In this document: in pieces, positions 49,454-57,211 of the stretch | How positions within the stretch are numbered: the first letter of the stretch is position 1 | Layout of the letters: each line of letters opens with the position of its first letter | Assembly (NCBI GenBank): GCA_963767945.1 | Contig: CAVYGH010000011.1 | Span: 23,679-87,678, forward strand | Direction of reading: 5' to 3' | DNA from: an uncultured Chloroflexia bacterium | GTDB taxonomy: Bacteria; Chloroflexota; Limnocylindria; Limnocylindrales; CSP1-4 | Length of the DNA stretch: 64,000 nucleotides | Position numbers and translations under genes: made by a program | Notes under the pieces: model-generated | Seen by the model: only the letters and a program-made list of their open reading frames with translations | Told to the model about the DNA's origin: nothing | Databases searched by the model: none

Positions 49454-49508
49454 ATCGGCCATCTCGATTGATGCTCGTCATGGCCGTTCGGTCGCCGGGC
49501 CTTGAAAT

Positions 49509-49881
49509 TGGTGGAGATGGGGGAGAGTCGAACTCCCCGTCCAGAACCCTTCGCCTGGGACCAGCTACGAGCGTGTCCGATGATTTTCGTCAGCCGGTCG
49601 GACGCCCATCGGCAGGCTGCCATCCGGCCCATCTGCGTGTCCCTAGATCGGGCTTCGCTCCGGACTACGTAGCCTCATCCGGGCTGCACCTCCGCTAAGT
49701 GACGCTTCCACGGCCCGCGGAGGGGAGGCCGCTTCCACGCTCACCTTACGGCCTAGGCCGCGAGGGCGAGAGCAGGCTGCTTGTTGGCAGTTACTTCGTT
49801 TTGCCGCCGGTTTAACGAGGCCTGACGGCACCTCGGCTCGCGTTCCCAGACAGCCAAGCCCTGTCGAAACCACGCATCCCC
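49509..49881 (-). ncRNA. ssrA: tmRNA (SsrA), tag peptide ANKQPALALAA
   Basis: The 5' end is GGGGATGCGTGGTTTCGACAGGG (from 49881). The tag ORF is GCC AAC AAG CAG CCT GCT CTC GCC CTC GCG GCC TAG (49788-49753). The 3' T-arm is GGGGAG-TTCGACT-CTCCCC, and the acceptor CATCTCC-ACCA ends at 49509. The 5' GGGGATG pairs with the 3' CATCTCC, including a G3:U wobble. Confidence 0.95.
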
Positions 49882-49910
49882 ACAGGACCGAACCGCTGTT
49901 CGGAGGCGGA

Positions 49911-49939
49911 ATCCTAGCATCGGCGTCGAGGCCGGCCAA
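49911..49939 (-). promoter_or_regulatory. Candidate ssrA promoter TTGGCC-N17-TAGGAT
   Basis: The -35 is at 49939-49934 and the -10 at 49916-49911. The -10 ends 29 nt upstream of the mature tmRNA 5' end. Confidence 0.35.
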
Positions 49940-50020
49940 ACGAGGCGGGCAGGCGGATGCGCCCGACCGGGTCGCGGAGACCGCGTCGGCCGGGCGCGAA
50001 GGATTGGGCTCTGCGGGCGA

Positions 50021-50863
50021 TCAGCCCTCGCCGAGGTGCTTGCGCAGCGACGGCAGCACGTCGCCGTCCCAGCCGCCGCTGTTCATGTCGAAGCCGGTCG
50101 ACTCCGTGAACCCGCTCTCGTACAGGTGGAGGTCCGTCCCGCCGTCGGCCCGGGGCACGAGCGTCCACTCGGTCCGCAGGACGGTCTCGGCGATCGCCAC
50201 GGGAACCTCGGGCACGGGCGTCCAGGTCCAGCACAGGTAGCGCGGCGGCTCGACGATCTCGATCCGCATCCCGAACCGGCCGCCCTCGCCGGGCCACACG
50301 AACCAGCCCGCGACGCCCGGGCGGATCTCGATGTCGGCCGATCCCGACCACCAGGCGGCGAGCTCGGCGGGCTCGCTCAGCGCGCGCCAGACGCGGTCGG
50401 GCGCCGACGACAGCGCGTACGTCCGGCGGATCCCCGCCTCGAACGGCTGGGCAGCGACGTGCGTCGCCAGCTGGGCGAGCTCGGTCATCCAGCCCTCGGT
50501 GTTGCTCCAGCGGGCGTCCTCGTGTTCGAACCCGGACTCCCGGAGGTGCAGCCGGGTCCCGCCGCTCGCGAGCGACTCGAGCCGGAACTCGACCAGCGTC
50601 GACCGGTCGTCGACGGACTTGCCGACGTCGCCCCACCGCCACGCGAGGCGCGTCACCGGGTCGAACACCTCGATCCGGACGGGGACGCGGCCGTAGCCCT
50701 CGAACTCGAACCAGCCGTCGCCACCCTCGCGCAGGTCGAGGTGGGCGCGCTCGCCGAACCAGGCGCCGAGCTCCCCGTCGTCGGTCAGGGCGCGCCACAG
50801 TCGGTCCGGCGGCGCGCGGAAGTCCAGCTGGCGTTCGATGGCGGCGACGGTCGTGGTGGGCAT
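50021..50863 (-). CDS. Tandem SRPBCC/AHSA1-domain protein
   Basis: ATG 50863. It has two repeats of the 'APPDRLWRALTD...ELGAWF' / 'APDRVWRALSEPAELAAWW' pattern. It is paired with an ArsR regulator. Confidence 0.75.
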   Translation of the reverse strand: MPTTTVAAIERQLDFRAPPDRLWRALTDDGELGAWFGERAHLDLREGGDGWFEFEGYGRVPVRIEVFDPVTRLAWRWGDVGKSVDDRSTLVEFRLESLASGGTRLHLRESGFEHEDARWSNTEGWMTELAQLATHVAAQPFEAGIRRTYALSSAPDRVWRALSEPAELAAWWSGSADIEIRPGVAGWFVWPGEGGRFGMRIEIVEPPRYLCWTWTPVPEVPVAIAETVLRTEWTLVPRADGGTDLHLYESGFTESTGFDMNSGGWDGDVLPSLRKHLGEG

Positions 50864-50864
50864 G

Positions 50865-51170
50865 TCACTCCTCCCCGAGGTGGCGGCGCAGGGCCGCGAG
50901 TCGTTCGTCCCAGGCCTCGGCGTACGGCCGCAGCCAGTCGTCGACGGCCTGCAGCGGCGCCGGCTCGAGCTCGTGCAGGCGTTCACGCCCGTCGCGGCGC
51001 ACCCGCACGAGGCCGGCGTCCCGCAGGACGTCGAGGTGCTTGGTCACCGCCTGGCGCGTCATCGGCAGCCCCTCGCCCAGGTCCTGGATCGAGGCCGAGC
51101 CACGATGGCGGAGGCGCTCGAGCAACAGGCGACGGGTGGGATCGGCGACGGCGACGAAGACGGCATCCAT
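50865..51170 (-). CDS. ArsR/SmtB family transcriptional regulator
   Basis: 'FVAVADPTRRLLLERL' and the HTH 'SIQDLGEGLPMTRQAVTKHLDVLRDAGLV' are present. Confidence 0.85.
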   Translation of the reverse strand: MDAVFVAVADPTRRLLLERLRHRGSASIQDLGEGLPMTRQAVTKHLDVLRDAGLVRVRRDGRERLHELEPAPLQAVDDWLRPYAEAWDERLAALRRHLGEE

Positions 51171-51265
51171 GGCGTGGCACGATCATATGCAACCAAGAAG
51201 TTGCGTGTCAAGCGTCGCAGGCGAGGCCAGGTGATCGGCTTGACACGGCGCCCGAGGCTGGACCC

Positions 51266-51814
51266 ATGACTGACTCCACCTCCGTCCCCGCCCGCCTCGC
51301 CCCGTTCCTCGCCCAGTGGGACTACATCGTCGACGTCCTGTTCGAGCGCCTCGACGGCCTCACCGACGAGGAGTACGTCTGGGAGCCGGCCGACACCGTG
51401 TGGACCGTCAGGCTCGTCGACGGACGGCCGACACCAGACGCCGAGGTCTGGGCCCCCACCGGTGGCGGCGCGCCGCCGAGGACGCTCGCCTGGTCGCTCG
51501 GGCACCTCGGGGACGGCCTCATGACCCGAGCCGACTGGCTCGTCGGGAGCCACTCGCTCCAGCGCGGAGACCTGACCTGGCCGATGACGGCCGCCGAGGG
51601 CATCGCGTTCGCGCGGGCCGGCATCCAGGCCTGGCGCGACGGCCTCGCGCAGATGACCGACGAGGACCTCGACATCGTGGGCCGGAGCGCCTATCCCGAC
51701 GGCCTCGACCCGACGCTGCCGTTGATCGAGATCGTGTGGTGGGTGAGCAAGGAGCTGCTGTTCCACACCGGCGAGATCTGGTACGTGCGTGACCTGTACG
51801 CCCACTACGACTGA
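51266..51814 (+). CDS. DinB family protein
   Basis: ATG 51266. 'LTDEEYVWEP', 'LAWSLGHLG' and 'LFHTGEIWYVRDLY' are present. Confidence 0.7.
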   Translation: MTDSTSVPARLAPFLAQWDYIVDVLFERLDGLTDEEYVWEPADTVWTVRLVDGRPTPDAEVWAPTGGGAPPRTLAWSLGHLGDGLMTRADWLVGSHSLQRGDLTWPMTAAEGIAFARAGIQAWRDGLAQMTDEDLDIVGRSAYPDGLDPTLPLIEIVWWVSKELLFHTGEIWYVRDLYAHYD

Positions 51815-51874
51815 GCCGGCGGGTCGCCGAGGCCGTCAGGAACGTTTCGGGCCCCCGAGGCGTAGGATCGGCAG

Positions 51875-51979
51875 ATGCCGCATCCGCTGTTCAGCTCGCT
51901 GGCCGTGATCCTCGTCTCGCACGTCGTGGTGTCTGGCGCGGTGCTGGCGCTGGTCGCCACGATGATCCGGAAGAAGTGA
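51875..51979 (+). CDS. Possible 34-aa hydrophobic peptide (below ORF-track cutoff)
   Basis: The ATG has AGGA 7 nt upstream. It encodes 'MPHPLFSSLAVILVSHVVVSGAVLALVATMIRKK'. The stop overlaps the GTG of the next gene (GTGA). Confidence 0.3.
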   Translation: MPHPLFSSLAVILVSHVVVSGAVLALVATMIRKK

Positions 51980-52848
51980 CCGCGGCCCCGGATCTCGACG
52001 CCCTGATCCCCCGGCTGCGGGCCCGGGCAGCCGACCCCGAGCGACGCACCGACGTCCGACCGACCGAGCTCGGCGCGACCGTCCGGACGCTCGATCTCGG
52101 CGGCCTGCTCTCGATGGGCGCGGACCTCGCGTCGAGCCTGCGCGACGTCGTCGCGGCGAACCAGGAGGGCCGGATCGACCCGGCCGGTCACGCGCGCGCC
52201 CTGGAGCTCGAGCGATCGATGACCACCCCGGCGCCATCCGTGCTCCCGGGCCCGGCCAGCGACGCCACGGTCGCACAGGCCGAGGCGGCGCTGGGGGTCG
52301 CCCTGCCGACCGCCCTGCGGCGCGTCTACGCGGAGGTCGCCGACGGCGGCTTCGGACCGGGCGCGGGGATCCTGCCGCTGTCCGAGGTCGTCGCCGCGTA
52401 CCGCGACCTCGGACGGGCCGACGGACGGCTGCCGCGCAACCGGACCTGGCCGGCCGGGCTCCTGCCGCTGGTCGAGATGGACCCCGGGTTCGACTGTTGC
52501 GAGGCGGCCACCGGCCGGATCATCGCGTGGGATCCCGAGGAGCTCGCCGAGCACTCGAGCGAGGACCGCTTTCGCCGCTCGTTCCGCGAGGTCTTCGCGA
52601 GCGTCGAGGCATGGCTCGGCGAGTGGGTCGACTCGCGGACCCAGGCCGAGCAGACGGCCGACCTCATGGCCCACGTCCTGTCCGACGACGCCCAGGTCCG
52701 GATGGCCCGCGAGGCCCGGGAGAACATCGCCAGGATGAGCCCCGAGGAGCGCGCGGCGATGGGCCTGCCCGAGGTGGGCTGGGAACGCGTGGTCTGGGGC
52801 GGGCTCGGCTGGGTCGAGGACGACGAGACGGGCGGGCCTGCCGGCTAG
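51976..52848 (+). CDS. SMI1/KNR4 (SUKH-1) family protein
   Basis: 'LPTALRRVYAEVADGGFGPG' and 'LLPLVEMDPGFDCCEAATGRIIAWDPE' resemble the SUKH/SMI1 fold pattern. Confidence 0.65.
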   Translation: MTAAPDLDALIPRLRARAADPERRTDVRPTELGATVRTLDLGGLLSMGADLASSLRDVVAANQEGRIDPAGHARALELERSMTTPAPSVLPGPASDATVAQAEAALGVALPTALRRVYAEVADGGFGPGAGILPLSEVVAAYRDLGRADGRLPRNRTWPAGLLPLVEMDPGFDCCEAATGRIIAWDPEELAEHSSEDRFRRSFREVFASVEAWLGEWVDSRTQAEQTADLMAHVLSDDAQVRMAREARENIARMSPEERAAMGLPEVGWERVVWGGLGWVEDDETGGPAG

Positions 52849-52868
52849 CGCGTCGATACCATCGGCCA

Positions 52869-53468
52869 ATGCGCCTGATCCCGTGGGAGGAAGAGCGGCT
52901 CCAGCTGTTCGCCGCCGCGGAGCTGGCGCGACGACGCCGCGCCTCCGGCCTGCGGCTGAACCACCCGGAGGCCGTGGCGCTGATCTGCGACGCGATGCTG
53001 GAGGCCGCGCGCGCCGGTGGCTCCTACGCCGAGGTCGAGGCGGCGGGTCGCGCCGCGGTCGACCCGTCCGACGTCCTCGACGGCGTCCGCGCGCTGCTGG
53101 ACGAGGTCCGGCTGGAGGTGCTGCTGGGTGACGGGACCCGGGTCGTCGCGCTCGTCGACCCGCTCGGACGCGGCGATCCCAGGGATCCGCTGGGACCGGG
53201 CGCCATCCTGATCGGCGACCCGTCGGACGTGGTCCTCAACGACGGCCGGGAGGCGTTCGAGCTGGCCGTCACGAGCCGATCGCGCCGACGGATCCGCGTC
53301 TCGTCGCACTACCCGTTCCATCGGGTCAACCCGCGTCTCGAGTTCGACCGCGACGCGGCTCGCGGATTCCACCTGGACCTGCCGGCCGGGGGCTACGCCG
53401 GCTGGGAGCCGGGCGAGACGAGGACGGTCCGCCTGGTGCGCTACGCCGGCCGGGGCACGGAACGGTGA
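52869..53468 (+). CDS. Urease gamma-beta fusion subunit
   Basis: The gamma part is 'MRLIPWEEERLQLFAAAELARRRRASGLRLNHPEAVALI'. The beta part is 'PGAILIGD...NDGREAFELAVTS...IRVSSHYPFHRVNPRLEFDR' in one ORF. ATG 52869. Confidence 0.85.
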   Translation: MRLIPWEEERLQLFAAAELARRRRASGLRLNHPEAVALICDAMLEAARAGGSYAEVEAAGRAAVDPSDVLDGVRALLDEVRLEVLLGDGTRVVALVDPLGRGDPRDPLGPGAILIGDPSDVVLNDGREAFELAVTSRSRRRIRVSSHYPFHRVNPRLEFDRDAARGFHLDLPAGGYAGWEPGETRTVRLVRYAGRGTER

Positions 53469-55183
53469 CCCGCCTCTCCGCCGAGGAGTACCGGGCGCGC
53501 TACGGCCCGACGACCGGCGACCGGGTCCGCCTCGGCGACACCGACCTCTGGATCCGCGTCTCGGACGACCTCACCGCCCGCGGCGACGAGCCCATCTGGG
53601 GCTACGCGAAGAACCTCCGCAGCCGGATCGCGCAGTGGGACGGCGCGGCCGGACCGTCGGAGCTCGACGTCGTGCTCCCCGGCGCACTGGTCGTCGACCC
53701 GGTGCTCGGCGTGGTCAAGGCCGACATCGGGATCAAGGACGGCCGCATCGCGGGCGTCGGCCGGGCCGGCAGCCCCGAGATCAGCGACGGCATCGACCTC
53801 GTCATCGGCCCCCACACCAAGTCGTTCATGGCCTACGGCCTGATCGTGACCCCGGGCGCCGTCGACACCCACGTCCACACGATCGGCCCCGAGCTGCTCC
53901 CGCCGGCGCTCGCGGCCGGCGTCACCACGCTGGTGACCGCGGGCTTCGAGGAGCCGCCGTTCGCGATGGAGCGGACGCTCGCCGGGCTGGAGGGCTGGCC
54001 GGTCAACGTCGGGATGCAGGCCGGCGCGCGGGCGAGCGAGGACGGGCACCTCGACGCCCTGGTCGAGGCGGGTGCGCTGGGGTTCAAGATCCACGAGGAC
54101 AACGGCGCCTACCCGGAGCTCATCGACCACGTCCTCCGTTACGTCGAGGCACGCGACCTGACGCTGAGCCTGCACACCGACGGCCTGCAGGAGTCCGCCG
54201 AGCTCGAGGACACGGTGGCGGCGATCGCCGGCCGGACCGTCCACGCCTACCACGTCGAGGGCACCGGGGGCGGGCACGTGCCCGACCTGCTGGGGCTCGT
54301 CCGCGAGGCGTCCATCCTGTGCTCGTCGACCACGCCGACGCTGCCGTTCGGCGTGCACACGGCGGCCGAGCACCTGCCGATGACCGTGCTCAACCACGGC
54401 CTCTCGTGGTCGGTGCCCGGGGACGTCGAGCTCGTCCGGGAACGGATCCTGGAGGCGCGGATGGCGGCCGAGGGCCCGCTCCACGAGCTGGGCGCGATCG
54501 CGATCGTCAACTCCGATTCGCAGGGGATGGGCCGGATCGGCGAGACCGTCCGCCGGACGTTCCAGCTCGCGCACGTGATGAAGGCCTGGCGGCGATCCGG
54601 TGCGGCCGACGGCGTGCCGGGGCTGCCCGCGGATCCCGGCCTCGACGACCCCGACGACCGCGACGACACCGCGCGTGTCCTGCGCTACCTCGCGAAGATC
54701 ACGATCGAGCCGGCGATCACGCACGGCCTCGCCGATCACGTCGGCTCGCTGCGGCCGGGCCGGCTGGCGGACCTCGTGCTGTGGGAGCCTGCGTTCTTCG
54801 GCGTCAAGCCCGAGTGGGTGTTCAAGGCCGGCTTCCCGGCCTGGGGCCCGATGGGCGACGGCAACGCGAGCCTCGAGCGAGCCGAGCCGACCCGCTACCG
54901 GGCGGACTGGGGCGGCGTCGCCACGGCGGCGCCCAAGGTGGCCGTGACGTTCGTGTCCCGGAACGTGGACGTCGCGGTCCTGGCGCGTCGCCTCGGGACG
55001 CGGCGGACCCTCGTGCCGGTCGGCGGCGTCCGGGGCCTCACCCGCGACTCGCTCCACGCCAACCGCGCGACCGCTCCCGTGGAGATCGACGTCCGGACCG
55101 GGGCGGTGACGCTCGCCGGCCGGCCACTGGCGGTCGCTCCGGTGTCCGAGGTGCCCCTCAGTCGCCGCTACCTGCTGCGATAG
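53465..55183 (+). CDS. ureC: Urease alpha subunit
   Basis: The active-site motifs are intact: 'DTHVHT', 'GFKIHEDNG', 'LHTDGLQES', 'YHVEGTGGGHVPD' and 'NSDSQGMGR'. There is a GTGA overlap with ureAB. Confidence 0.9.
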   Translation: MTRLSAEEYRARYGPTTGDRVRLGDTDLWIRVSDDLTARGDEPIWGYAKNLRSRIAQWDGAAGPSELDVVLPGALVVDPVLGVVKADIGIKDGRIAGVGRAGSPEISDGIDLVIGPHTKSFMAYGLIVTPGAVDTHVHTIGPELLPPALAAGVTTLVTAGFEEPPFAMERTLAGLEGWPVNVGMQAGARASEDGHLDALVEAGALGFKIHEDNGAYPELIDHVLRYVEARDLTLSLHTDGLQESAELEDTVAAIAGRTVHAYHVEGTGGGHVPDLLGLVREASILCSSTTPTLPFGVHTAAEHLPMTVLNHGLSWSVPGDVELVRERILEARMAAEGPLHELGAIAIVNSDSQGMGRIGETVRRTFQLAHVMKAWRRSGAADGVPGLPADPGLDDPDDRDDTARVLRYLAKITIEPAITHGLADHVGSLRPGRLADLVLWEPAFFGVKPEWVFKAGFPAWGPMGDGNASLERAEPTRYRADWGGVATAAPKVAVTFVSRNVDVAVLARRLGTRRTLVPVGGVRGLTRDSLHANRATAPVEIDVRTGAVTLAGRPLAVAPVSEVPLSRRYLLR

Positions 55184-55186
55184 GGC

Positions 55187-55207
55187 CACGCCCGGCCGAG
55201 GGGCGTG
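55187..55207 (+). terminator. Hairpin just after the ureC stop (no clear U-tract)
   Basis: CACGCCC-GGCCGAG-GGGCGTG forms a 7-bp stem. Confidence 0.3.
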
Positions 55208-55298
55208 CGAGGCGCGTGCAAGTCGCCGACGGCCGGCCGAAGCGTCCGCGCGAGCGATGAAGCCCTAGGTTCGGGCTCCAAACGCAAGGAGCCTTCAG

Positions 55299-55451
55299 AT
55301 GTTGTGGACGATCCTCGTCATCATCCTCGTGCTCTGGCTGCTCGGCCTGATCGGCGGCATCGGCGGCGCGCTGATCCACGGGCTGCTCATCCTCGCGGCG
55401 ATCGTGCTGGTCGCGCAGCTCGCCTCGGGCCGGGGGAACACGACCGCCTGA
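55299..55451 (+). CDS. lmo0937-family small membrane protein (50 aa; below ORF-track cutoff)
   Basis: AAGGAG lies 7 nt upstream of ATG 55299. It encodes 'MLWTILVIILVLWLLGLIGGIGGALIHGLLILAAIVLVAQLASGRGNTTA'. Confidence 0.7.
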   Translation: MLWTILVIILVLWLLGLIGGIGGALIHGLLILAAIVLVAQLASGRGNTTA

Positions 55452-55472
55452 GCCCGGCCGATCGAGACACCG

Positions 55473-56528
55473 TCAGGCCCAGATGTCGCCGACGGTGAAG
55501 CCCTCGGGAAACGGATCCGTCGGATCGACGACGTAGCTCGCGAAGCCGGTGATCCACGCGGTGCCGGTGATCGACGGCACGATCGCCGTCCGATCGCCGA
55601 TCCGCGTCTCCTCCTCGACCCGGCCCGTGAACACCGTCCCGAGGATGCCCTCGTGCCGGAACTCGTCGCCCGGCCGGAGCTGGCCCTTCGCGTGGAGGAC
55701 GGCCATCTTGGCGCACGTGCCCGTGCCGCAGGGTGATCGGTCGATCGCCCCGGTCCAGGTCGACGGGCGCTCCCAGTCGAAGTCGCCGGTCGAGACGGTG
55801 ACCGCGTTGCGGCGCGCGTTGCGCGCGTCGTGGGGCGGCCCGGACAGCTGGCCGATGGTGATCCCGGCGAAGCCCGGCTGGTCCGGATGGACGACCGGCA
55901 GCTGCTCGCGGGCGGCCGCCTTGATCATCTCGGTGACCCGCGTGATGTCGCGCCCCTCGTCGGGCGTCAGCGCGAAGCCCAGGGCCTCGGCGTCGGCGAT
56001 GACGTAGAACATGCCGCCGTAGGCGACGTCCACGACGACCGTGCCCAGGCGGGGCACCTCGACGGGGGTGTCGAGGTGGGTCGCGAACGCGGGCACGTTG
56101 CGGAACGTGACGCCGGTGACCTTGCCGCCCGCGCAGGTCGCCCGGACCCGGATGAGCCCCGCCGGCGCCTCGAGCGCGATCTCCGTGACCGGCTCGTGCA
56201 TCGGCAGCATCCCGGTCTCGAGCAGGGCCGTGACCACGCAGATGGTGTTGGTGCCCGACATCCCCGGGTACTCGACGTGCTCCATGATCACGTAGCCGGC
56301 GTCGGCATCGGGATGGTTCGACGGGAGGACGAGGTTGCAGTTCGACGCCGGGTAGCCGCGCGGCTCGCGGAGCATCAGGCGCCGCAGCCCGTCGCCGCGG
56401 GTGGCGAGGTGCTGCATCTTGTCGAACATCGTGTCGCCGGGGACGTCGAGGACCCCGCCCACGATCACCCGCCCGGGCTCGCCGGCCGCATGCAGGTCGA
56501 CCGCCTGGATCATCCGCGCCAGCCGCAT
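55473..56528 (-). CDS. Proline racemase family protein (hydroxyproline epimerase/dehydratase-like)
   Basis: 'DLHAAGEPGRVIVGG', 'MLREPRG', 'GMSGTNTICV' and 'DRSPCGTGTCA' are present. Confidence 0.85.
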   Translation of the reverse strand: MRLARMIQAVDLHAAGEPGRVIVGGVLDVPGDTMFDKMQHLATRGDGLRRLMLREPRGYPASNCNLVLPSNHPDADAGYVIMEHVEYPGMSGTNTICVVTALLETGMLPMHEPVTEIALEAPAGLIRVRATCAGGKVTGVTFRNVPAFATHLDTPVEVPRLGTVVVDVAYGGMFYVIADAEALGFALTPDEGRDITRVTEMIKAAAREQLPVVHPDQPGFAGITIGQLSGPPHDARNARRNAVTVSTGDFDWERPSTWTGAIDRSPCGTGTCAKMAVLHAKGQLRPGDEFRHEGILGTVFTGRVEEETRIGDRTAIVPSITGTAWITGFASYVVDPTDPFPEGFTVGDIWA

Positions 56529-56532
56529 CGGC

Positions 56533-56994
56533 CTACCGGCGCCTGGCGTCGGCGACGGCCCGCTCGGTCTCGCGCCGGGCGTCCCGCTCCGCGATCTCGT
56601 GCCGCCGGTCCCAGGTCTGCTTGCCCTTCGCGAGCCCGAGCATGAGCTTGGCCTTGCCGCGGTCGTCGATGTACAGGCGCAGCGGGATCACCGTGAGCCC
56701 CTTGGCCTTCGTCTTGCCCAGGAGCTCGTCGATCTCGTGGCGGTGCAGGAGGAGCTTTCGCGACCGCTTCGGCTCGTGGTTGAAGCGCACGTCGGCGTTC
56801 TCCCACGGAGCGATGTGGAGCCCGACGATCCAGGCCTCGCCGCGATCGATGCGCGCGTAGGCGTCCGCGAGGCTGACCTTGCCCGCGCGGATGCTCTTGA
56901 TCTCGGTGCCGCGCAGCACGATGCCCGCCTCGAACGTGTCCTCGACGGTGTAGTCGTGCCGGGCTCTGCGGTTCTGGGCGATGGTGTCGCCCAT
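56533..56994 (-). CDS. smpB: SsrA-binding protein SmpB
   Basis: 'NRRARHDYTVEDTFEAGIVLRGTEIKSIR' and 'RSRKLLLHRHEI' are present. The RBS is GAGAGGAG. Confidence 0.95.
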   Translation of the reverse strand: MGDTIAQNRRARHDYTVEDTFEAGIVLRGTEIKSIRAGKVSLADAYARIDRGEAWIVGLHIAPWENADVRFNHEPKRSRKLLLHRHEIDELLGKTKAKGLTVIPLRLYIDDRGKAKLMLGLAKGKQTWDRRHEIAERDARRETERAVADARRR

Positions 56995-57069
56995 GGGAGG
57001 GCTCCTCTCGCGGGGTCAGGGGTGGGAGTGTCGCACGGGTCCGGGCCCCGGCCCGTGCGCCGGACGCAC

Positions 57070-57099
57070 GAACGCCGGCCCGTTTCCGGACCGGCGTTC
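57070..57099 (-). terminator. Strong GC hairpin in the S41-peptidase/smpB intergenic region
   Basis: GAACGCCGG...CCGGCGTTC forms a 9-bp stem, with an extra 3 bp inside the 12-nt spacer. It has no U-tract (I-shaped). Confidence 0.35.
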
Positions 57100-57132
57100 G
57101 AAATTGCTACCGACCACTCGTCGGGATCGTCT

Positions 57133-57183
57133 CTAGACGACGATCTCCGCCGAGGTGGTGCAGCAACTACAACTGTCGATCAC
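57133..57183 (-). CDS. Candidate 16-codon Cys/Ser/Thr-rich sORF (MIDSCSCCTTSAEIVV) or leader peptide
   Basis: AAAGGAGG (57200-57193) lies 9 nt upstream of GTG 57183, and the stop is TAG 57135-57133. It is preceded by a promoter-like element. Codon usage is atypically AT3-rich. Confidence 0.3.
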   Translation of the reverse strand: MIDSCSCCTTSAEIVV

Positions 57184-57211
57184 TGCACATCACCTCCTTT
57201 CGTTCATATCG

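Noticed and set aside
49351-49632. 93-aa minus-strand ORF, and the plus-strand ORF 49405..49698
   Set aside because: They overlap the tmRNA gene and the direct-repeat spacer. The 'GQLFSP' duplication in the translation simply reflects the DNA repeat.
57188-57200. Plus-strand 'CATCACCTCCTTT' resembling the 16S rRNA 3' end (GATCACCTCCTTT)
   Set aside because: No 16S sequence flanks it. It is the complement of the AAAGGAGG Shine-Dalgarno on the minus strand.
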